From Trichomonas gallinae (Eukaryota): DNA of 53,922 bases. Below are positions 1 through 10,100 of the stretch, piece after piece. Position 1 is the stretch's first letter. Every line of letters starts with the position of its first letter. The notes under the pieces were generated by a model. That model did no database searches. It was not told the DNA's origin and saw only the letters and a list, made by a program, of their open reading frames with translations. Location: positions 1-53,922 of the forward strand of contig MRSU01008064.1 of assembly GCA_008369845.1 (NCBI GenBank), in the 5' to 3' direction. The translations under genes and the position numbers were made by a program.

Positions 1-492
1 TTTTCACAAATATCTATTTCATCAATGAATTGTTGTATACAACTATTAGATGTTATAGCTATTGAAGAAAGCTCTCTTGTCTTTTATCATCAAAAATCGA
101 ATGAATACACATGATTAGTTAAATAACACATATAAATATATTGTCTTGATGGTAATGAAATATACAATAGATTCAAAATTAATATTTCAATCTCATTTCA
201 AATATCATTTATTGTTGCTAGTTCTACAAATATATTGTTATATTCATGAATATCAATTGATTTCTTCTACCAATAGCTCCAAAATTTTGTGTAATTAAAT
301 TGTCACATATAATTTTGCCACAGCTATTTTAAAATTTTGATCTGACACAACGAATACATCCAATGTTATATATTAACTATGCCAATGAAATAGATTGATC
401 ATTGAATAAGATCCCAGGGATCCGCTTTAAAATTTTTACAAAAAAGGTTCTCCCCCTAAAATTAATATCCGATTTTTTTGTCAATTTTATTA

Positions 493-864
493 ATGTTTTC
501 ATCAAAGAACGAATCTAGATACAAGCGCGAAAAAACATTCGAAGAAAGACAAGCAGAGTCAGCAAATATCATCCGCAAATATAAAAGCCATGTCCCAGTT
601 ATTGTAGACAAAGATCCAAAATGCACATTACCAGATATCGAAAGACAAAAGTTCCTTGTCCCATCGGAGCTCTCCATTGGTCAGTTTGTTTATGTCGTCC
701 GTAAGAGGATTAACCTGCAGTCAGCTTCTGCGATTTTCCTTTTCGTAAATAAGAAACTTCCTCCTCCAAACTCAACAATGGGTGTTCTTTATGAAGAAAA
801 CCGCGATGAAGATGGCTTTATGTATTGCTTATACAGTTCTGATAACTCTTTTGGCTCACAATAA
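493..864 (+). CDS. ATG8: Autophagy ubiquitin-like protein ATG8 (GABARAP/LC3 family)
   Basis: Contains 'VPVIVDK', 'KFLVPSELSIGQFVYVVRKRINL', 'AIFLFVN' and 'DEDGFMYCLYS', and ends in FG-SQ with the conserved lipidation glycine. First ATG is at 493; the ORF-track start at 478 is TTG. Confidence 0.96.
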   Translation: MFSSKNESRYKREKTFEERQAESANIIRKYKSHVPVIVDKDPKCTLPDIERQKFLVPSELSIGQFVYVVRKRINLQSASAIFLFVNKKLPPPNSTMGVLYEENRDEDGFMYCLYSSDNSFGSQ

Positions 865-865
865 A
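862..865 (+). terminator. TAAA polyadenylation signal overlapping the ATG8 stop codon
   Basis: TAA-A followed by a T-rich tract, the known trichomonad stop-coupled UAAA arrangement. The same pattern occurs at 48995-48998. Confidence 0.5.
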
Positions 866-1126
866 CACTTTTGTTTTATCTGAACTTTCCTTAACTACAA
901 GTCATATTTTAACACACAGTATAATCATCAAAATTATTCTGTTGCATTGCCATAGTTTTACCAATGATTGATCGAATTGGAAATAATGAAAAAACTTTCC
1001 TGGAACGATTTTGACTAGCAAAAATTATAGTATTATAAAAGAGTATTACAGATTTGTTGCTGCAGAATTATTTTAGTTAACGAGGGGCCGTTATAATACA
1101 AAAGGGGCTTTACAAAATCTTGTAAA

Positions 1127-4100
1127 ATGCATGGATATATGCCAGCCACTGGCATCAAAAGGAAACCAGAATTGAAACAAGGTCTTCCTTTTGCTTTGAA
1201 AGATATCCAATATGAAGAAGATGAAGAGTTCTTACAAGATGTCAATTATGATTTATTAAGTAGAAATCGCCAATATACACAATATGCAACACCAGAAGCA
1301 TCAGAATCAACTAGTGCAACAGATAATCATAGATATGAGATACCAATAGCAGAAAAACAGTCACCAATTTCAAAAATTCGACTAAAAAACAAGCATTCCG
1401 ACAAAAAACGATACAAAAATGAAAGAAATGGGTATATTATGTCGTCTGACGATTGTGAATATGACGAATCTAAAGATACCGATTATTCATATTCCAAGAC
1501 CAAAAATAACAATGATTCATCGAGTGAAATGGATTACTCTTCGACAGAGACCAAAAATAAGGCTTCTGGTCACTCAGGTAATAATGGTAATGACGACGGT
1601 TATTCTTACACTAAACGAAAATCAAAAGATAGAAAATATTCTGACACACAAAAAGAACACACATCTGATATGAATAACGCCCAGAATGACCAAGTAAACC
1701 AAAATGAAGCAGAAAATATTCAATCTCGAGATATTCAAGAAATTGAACCAAAAGAACTGACAATCGACATGATTCATCCACATCAAACATATGATATACC
1801 TATGAGTGACCAAGATGAATTCAACGTAAAAACACTTGATGAATATACTTTAATCGATTTGATGCTCGATTGCAATTTTAGCATGTTCCAGCATATTCTC
1901 AATGACATAGATAACAGCCGTTATGAGTTTTTAGCTAAAGCATCACTTGATGCAGCAATTCTTTCAAACAAAACATATAGTTTCTTCGCTAGAATGGTTG
2001 AAATCGAAGTAGAAACACTCACAATGGAAAATAAGAGCACAATATTTAAAGGAAATGCAGTTCCAGCCTTAGTTATTGGTGCATGGCCAAAAATTGTTGC
2101 AAGAAAGTGGCTGACAACAGTTTTAAGACCAGCTTTCGACTTTATTATAGCTTTCATCAGCCAAGGAGATGGTTTCGTCGTAAATCCAGCTAAACTTCCT
2201 CCAGGGCAAAATCTTGAACACAACAAACAAAACTTTAGAGTCATTCTTACTAAATGCGTCCAATCGATTCTCGATGGCCAAGTTTCGTTGCCCGAAACGT
2301 TAGTTTACGCAGCTCAAATTATCGTTGAAAAAGTATGTAAAAAATTAGGAGAATGCTCTTATAGTATACTTTCCAGCTTCATTTTCGTTAAATTCATCAT
2401 CCCAGCATTCTCAGCGACACAATTAGTAGGTTATCCACCTATAACCCCCGGCCCACTGAAAGACGCACTCATTCAAACAGCAGCGATTATTGTCGCATCA
2501 GTTTTAAAGGGCAATCTTGACGACAAAGGTCCATATTTCGAGCCATACAACGATTTCGCTAAATGGACATACGACAGCATCAACCAAATGTACAGAGAAA
2601 TTGTAACTAAAGATGTTCTAGGCAGACCTCCTAACGTCAAAGTGGACGAACTTAAGACAATCGTTGCAATTCACACAGAAGCATGGCCTATTATAAACAA
2701 ACTCGAGCAAGAAGTCAAACAAATGATAGATGCTACGGAGTCAGCGAATGGACAGTTGTTCATCGCAATGCTTCGTGCAATGGGACCTCCACCATATTCT
2801 GGAAAAATTCTCCAAGTTGGCGATCTTAAAGTTAACATTACAACTCCGAAAGTCCCATCAATGTCTGAAGGCAGCGCTCCGATATTCGATGATGACGAGT
2901 TTGGTAATCCAGAATTTGATGACTCTGATGATGTGTTTGGTCCTCCAGAAGCTGGATATCATAGAAAGGCTCTCAGCTATTCTAGATCAACGCCTCTCTA
3001 TAAGGATTCTTTCGACCAAGATTCAACAGATTCTTCTTCGTCATCGTCGCCGCAGCCATTAACACGCAAGCGTTCGTGGAGCATATTCAGGAGAAACAAG
3101 AGCGACAAAGATGACGAAAAGCCAAAAGAAGTCAAGGAAGAGAAGGCTGCTGCCAGCACTGTCACGCCTAGGATTGAAGGCAGACCTCCCAGACCAGATG
3201 GCAAATCACCAAAGTTCGCCACCCCATCAAAAGAGGTCGAAAAGCCAGCCATCAAAACAGATGAAGTCAATACGCCAGTTGTTGTTAGTGTCGCACAGCC
3301 AGTTGATGCTTTTCCAGAAACTCATGCCAAAGAGGATGAAAATGCCTTCAAGGTTGATGCGAAAGCTCTCCACGAGGAGTCATTAACACCAGGATTCGGA
3401 GTTAATCCTCCAGCTGTTGTTGAAAGAGAAATTTTGCAGCCTGAAAATGAATTTGAAATCAGTGCAGAAAAGCCATCTCTCGATGTAATGGCTGAAGCTA
3501 ATACCAACTTACCAAAGGGAGAAATGTTAGTTCCAACTATCGAAGTTCAACCTGACGTTGAGGAAATCAACATTTCTAAGCGAGAGGTTTCTGCTCCAGA
3601 GATAAGTGTTGCAGCAGATGTCGAGAAGCCATCTTTAGATACACCAGTTGTTTCAGTGCCACATGGCGAAGAAAACTTAACATCGGAAATTACGACACCG
3701 AAGTTAATTGGAGATTTATTAGAACCAAAGGTCGACACATCAAAGCCAGAACTCAACACGGATGAGTTCGACATCAAAGCTCCACACGTTGAGGCTAACT
3801 ATAAGGCTAATGTTGAAGAGCCACAAGTTGATGCTGATATTAAGGCTGAAATCCCATCCCATGGTTTCGGAATCAAAACACAAAGCGTCACTGTTCCACA
3901 CAATGAATCCGAGTTCGAAGTTAAGCTGCCTATTCATGGTGTTAGTGTTCCGAATGTTTCATCCTCACACAACGAAAACTTCAATGTGAAAGTCGAGTCA
4001 CCAAGGACAGAATTTTCGACACCAAACATGGAATATACAGCACCAAAGATGGAGTTTTCTGCTCCACAAGCAGAGGTTTCATCATCAAAGATTGAATTCT

Positions 4101-7100
4101 CAACACCAAAGACAGAATACACAGCACCAAAATCAGAGTTTTCTGTTCCATCAGCAGAAATTTCTTCACCGAAGACAGAATTCACAGAACCAAAGTCAGA
4201 ATTTTCAACTCCAAGTGCAGGAATTTCAGCACCGAAGACAGAATTCTCGACACCAAACATCGAATATTCAGCTCCAAAAACTGAATTCTGTGTACCATCA
4301 GCAGAATACACAGCTCCGAAGGCAGGATTTTCTGTTCCATCAGCAGAATATTCAGCACCGAAATCAGAGTTTTCAACTCCAAGTGCAGATATTTTGGCAC
4401 CAAAGACAGAATTTTCTTCACCAAACTCGGAATACACATATCCAAAGATAGAATTTTCAACTCCAAAACCAGAGGTTTCAACACCAAAATCAGATCTTTC
4501 AGCTCTAAATACCGAATATATTGCACCGAAAGCAGAGTTTTCGGTTCCACAAGCAGAATATTCAGCTCCTAAATCAGAGTTTTCAACACCAAGCGCGGAA
4601 TATTCAGCACCAAAGACAGAATTCTCAGCACCAAACTTGGAATACACAGCTCCAAAATCGGAGTTCTCAGTACCAAAGGTTGAGCATCCTCAACTTCAGA
4701 CAGAGTTCTCCACACCAAAGATAGAAATGGCAGAACTAAAATCAGAGTTTTCAGCTCCGAAAGCAGAGTTTTCTCCACCAAAGACAGTTCCAAACGTCGA
4801 AATCAGCATTTCAACACCTGGAATTGCTATTGGAGAGTGCGCCGAATTGCATCCAACAACATCTATTGGCAGTGAATTCAATGTTAAATCACCAAATATC
4901 GTTTCACATGCAGCAGAAATCTCTGCTCCAGAACTCAGCACAAATCTTACTCATGATAATGCTATCGACGCAAATATCGAGCATCCACAGATCGAATTCA
5001 ATGCTCCTAAACCAGAAATCTCTTCTCCAGTACATGATTCAGGCAGAATCATCACAGGACTTACTTCTGAGATTTCATCACAAGAAATCCAAATCGAAAC
5101 TACAGAACTTTCAGCTCCACAAATCAAGGCTAACTCTCGCATTGACATTAATGAGCAAAATGCAGACTTTAAAGCTCCTCATTCTGAAATATCAGTTCCA
5201 GGATTCGAAGCGAATATTCCACGCGGTAGAGCTGGATTCGAAATTGAAAGTCCACACCGCGACATCAAGACAGAAATGCCAGAAGTTTCAGTGCCAGGCT
5301 TTGGTGAACCACGTCTCGAAGTTGCTCCTAAGTCAGAAATCTCTATTCCAGAGTTCGAAGAGCCAAAGACTGATGTTTCAATTCCACAAATCGGATTGGA
5401 CGCAAACATCAATGCTCCAAGTCTCTCAGCCCCACAACTCGATGATAATTATGCTGTTAACATTACAGAGCCAAAGGTTGAAGATCACAAAGCCGAATTT
5501 TCAGTCCCAGGATTCGATGCAAATGCTCCACATGGCGGAGAATCCATCTACATCAAAGCTGAAGCATTATCGACAAGATTCGAAGGGCCACGTCTTGACA
5601 TTAATGCTCCTAAGGTAGAAATTTCATCACCAGAATTCGAGCTTAATGAAAGTATCGAAAGTCCAAAGGCTGACTTCTCCATGCCAACAGTTTCTGCATC
5701 AATCAAGGCACCAATGGATGAATTATCAACACCAGCCATTGATGTACCTCATGTCAATGCTATTGCTCCTAAATCAGAAATTTCCATGCCAGAAATCGAA
5801 GAGCTAAAGACTGACATTTCAGCACCAAGAATCGAAATTGATTCTCCAAATGTTTCAGCACAAATCAAAGCTCCAACTGGCGAGATTTCAGCACCAAGTT
5901 TTGAAGAGCCACATGTTGATGTTGTTGCTCCTAAGACAGAATTCAATCTTAATGAAAATATTGAAGGACCAAAGACTGACATTTCAGCACCAAGAATTGA
6001 TGCATTTAACATTGGTATTGACACTCCAAGCGTTTCTGCACCACACGAGGATGCTCAATTCAAGCTTAACACTCTTCCACCTAAAATTGATTTCAATGCT
6101 CCAAAGACAGAAATGTCAGCACCTGATGTTAATATTGAAAACATTAAGACACCAAGTGTTGAAGTACCAACGCAAGAGATTGACATTGTTTCTCCACAAG
6201 ATAAAATCGGCTTTGGTGCTGAGTGCACTAATCCAACCCTCAGCGTTCAAAAGCCTGAGATTTCTGTTCCAGAGATCGATATCAAATCTCCAAGTGTTTC
6301 TATTCCTCATGGCGAGGTTATGCCAACAGCAGTGCTTCCAGAATTATCCGCAAATGTTGAAGTGCCAAAGGTTGAAGCTCCAAAGACAGATGTTTTCATG
6401 CCAGGACTTGATGTTAAAGCTCCACATGGCGACTTTAGTGCTGACATTAAGCCACCACATAGCGAAGCTGTTGATCTTAATGCACCAAACACCGATATTA
6501 CACTTCCTCATCCACATGGTGAAGCTGGATTTGGCGCTGATGTCGATGCACTTGTAACAGAAATATCTACACAGGAAATTCGCATTCCAGAGAAATCTAT
6601 TGGTGGTGAAAACAATATGCCAGTAATCGATGTCAGTATGCCAAGCGTTTGTGCTCCACATAGAGAAGCTGGATTCGGCCTTGATGTTGATGTCAATGCT
6701 CCTAAGGGAGAAATATCAACATCACAATTTGAGAAACCATCATTCAATGCCATTGCTCCACTTCCTGAGCCTCCTTCAGAAATCGATATCAATGCTCCAA
6801 GTGTTTCTGTTACTCGCGACATCTTCGGACTTGATGATGAAACACCATCTATCAATGTTCCAGAGACTGAATTCCATCACGAAGAGAGAGCTGGATTCGG
6901 TATTGATACACCAGCAGCCCAATTTTCTCCACATGAAATTGGCATCAGCGAGCTTCCAAAGGCGGAATCACCAAAGGTAGATGTTTTCTTGCCAGAACTC
7001 GGCCTCATTGCTGCACAGCCATCATTAGATCTCAATGCGCTAAGTGTTACAGCTCCACCTGCTGAGTCTAACTTTGGACTCGATCTTAGTGCACCAAGTG

Positions 7101-10100
7101 TTGAGCTCAACACACCAAAGATCGAATCACCAAAGACAGATATTTTCTTGCCAGAACTTGGTCTCAACGCTCCAAGTGTTTCTGCTCCACCGGCCGAGTC
7201 TGGCTTTGGAATCGAGCTTACCACACCGAATGCTGAGCTCAATGCACCAGAAGTTTTCATACCAGAACTTGGTCTCAACTCTCCAAGTATTTCTGCTCCA
7301 CCGGCTAATTCTACCATTGGAGCTGACCTTAATGCACCAAAGGGGGACGTTTTCATGCCAGAGCTTGGAATCATTGCACCAAAGGCAGAAGCATCAGCAC
7401 CAGAAATTCCTGCATTCGATGATGTCAGCGTTGACACACCAAAACTTAATTTCAATGCATCAGAATTCAATGACGATGCCACTGGTCCAAGGGTCGAAAT
7501 ATCACAACCTGAAATTGGCTTCAATGCTCCAAAGGCACAAACTCCATCATCCGATGTCAGCGCACAAAACATTTCAGCTCCACACAGAGAAGCAGATTTC
7601 AATCTTAATCATGAAACTCATAAACTTGATATCTATGCTCCAAAGGTAGAAGTATCACAACCACTCTTTGGATTTAATAGCAACATCGAAAAACCAACAA
7701 CAGAATTATCAGGATCAGAAACAGGTCTTGATGATAATGCTCCAAAGATTAATGCTACAGCACCATTTGTTGGCCTGCCCGAGCTCAGCGTTAAGGAAAA
7801 CATCGAAGTGCCGAAGGATCAAGCTATTTTGCCAGAAATTGCTGTCATTCCTAATGCCGGCACTGTTCCTAAATCACCAAGTACTGATATTAATGCTGGA
7901 TTCGGCGCAGATATTATCTCATCAGGATTGGGCTTCGACAACAGAATTGAAGAGCCAAGTATTGCTGCATCAATGCCAGAGATCAGCACAGGACTTAATG
8001 TCGAAGTACCAGTTGTTTCTACACCAGAATTAGGCATTGATGCTAATGCCGAAAAGCCAGAAATCAGCTTCAACACACCAGCTGTTTCATCATCACAAAT
8101 CGATGCAAGTGTTTCTAAACCTGGCTTTGGATTCGAAGCTCCACATGGTGAATCCGAATTTAACCTTGATGTTGATATCAATGCTCCAAAGACAGATATT
8201 TCAACTCCTGGATTTGGAATCAATGGTCCAAATATAGTCGCTAGAGATATTGTTCATGATGAAGCTGATTTCGAAATGGCTGCTGAGAAACCATCAATCG
8301 ATATCAATGCTCCATCAGATGATGGTGGGCTTGATGTCAATTCTCCTAAGATTGGCATCAAATCTCCAAAGTTACAGGCCGGTGGCGAATCCGACGAATC
8401 TTCATCATCAGATTCTTCCGAAAAGAAGAAGAAACGCAAATGGAATATTTTCAAGAGAAAGATGAAATCAAAACAAGACAAAGCTAAGGTCAAAGGTGAT
8501 ATTAACATTCCTACACCAGATGTCAACGTCGAAATTCCAAAGGCAGAGGTTTCAGCACCAGAAATCAGCGCAGTTTCTCATAAGGCTAAAGTTGATGCTG
8601 AAAATCCATCCTCTGACTTCAATGATCCAGAAATCAAATCACCAAGTGTCTCTACTCCTCATATTGAGAATTGCTTTGGCATCAATGTTAATGCACCGGA
8701 AAAGCCAAAGAATTCAGCACCTGATTTCGATGCCGATATCAAAGCTGACAAGCCTCATATCAATACCAGGTCTCCTGAAGCTGAATTCTCAACTCCTGTA
8801 GTTGATATCAATGCTCCAAATGTTTCAGCTCAAAAACCATATCTCGATTTCAATGCACCAAACATTTCAGCACCACACGCTGATGCTGCATTTGATGTGA
8901 ATCCACCAAAGGCAGAGATTTCCACACCATCATTAGACATCAACGAAAGCATCGAGGTTCCAAAGCCAGAAATTACAATGGCATCTGTCAGCAAACCACA
9001 TCTTGATTCTCCAGAAGCTAAAATGTCAGCTCCTGAAATTGAGATCAATACACCAAGTGTTTCACTTTCACAAGGTGAAGCTGGATTCAAGCATAACATT
9101 GACCATGTTTCTTCTCCAAAGGCGGAGATTTCAACACCAGGAATATCCACAAACTTCGAAACTCCAAAAGCAGAAAACTCGCCAATATTCGATGCTAATG
9201 CTGAGAGACCAAATCTTGATACACCAATGGCTGAGGTTTCAGTGCCAGGAATCGGAATCAATCCACCAAACGTTTCAGCTCCAAAGGTTGAAACTGGCCT
9301 TGATATTGATGTCAATGTTCCAAAGGTTGCAGTCAGAGTTCCAAAATCACGCGCTTCCGATGAAGAGTCATCATCCTCAATTTCTTCTGAAGATAAGGAG
9401 ATGAAACGCAAATGGAACTTCTTCAATAGAAACGAGAAAGCCACAGAAAACAAAATCTCTTCACCAGGCATTTCAGGAAAAGTTGCTGCCAATGTTGAAG
9501 TTCCAAAGGTTGAAGCTAAGTCCTCAGAGGCAGAAATTTCGGCACCAGATATTGCAATGGGTCCTCCACATGGAACGGGAAACTTCGAGGTCAATGCCGA
9601 AAAACCAACAATCGATATCAATGCACCAAAGGCTGAAATTTCTACACCATCAATTGGTGGAGATATCAATGCTCCAAAGGCAGATATCACAGTACCATCA
9701 ACTGGCGATGAGTTCGGTATTAGTAAACCACATCTCGATGTCAATGCTCCCAAGGCAGAAATCAAAGTCCCAAGCGTTTCATCTCCACACAGAGATGTTG
9801 ATATCAAAGCTCCTAATGCCGAAATTTCAGCATCAGAAATCTCAAGTATCAATACTCCACAGTCCAATATTTCTACAGCTGGACTTGATGTCATTGCTGA
9901 GAAACCATCCCTCGATGTCAATGCTCCAAGTGTTTCATCTCCGCACTCTGAACCCAACATTGATATCAATGCTCCAAAGGCAGATGTTAGTGCTCCTAAG
10001 ATTGAATCTCCAAAAATTGATGTCAAAGTTCCAAAGTCACGCGCTTCCAATGAGGAATCATCAGATTCTTCTGATGACAGGAAGAAGAAACACAAATGGG

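Noticed and set aside
1..430. Coding-like minus-strand fragments and the palindrome GATCCC-A-GGGATC (410-422)
   Set aside because: Many stops and no recognisable motif, truncated by the window edge. A lone 6-bp stem is weak evidence.
908..919. TTTAACACACAG, resembling the trichomonad intron 3' motif ACTAACACACAG
   Set aside because: The branch site lacks CTAAC, there is no GTAYGT donor upstream, and ATG8 is complete without splicing.
3997..4785. Regular repeats as a possible CRISPR-like array
   Set aside because: These are in-frame coding tandem repeats without unique spacers, in a eukaryotic context with no cas genes.
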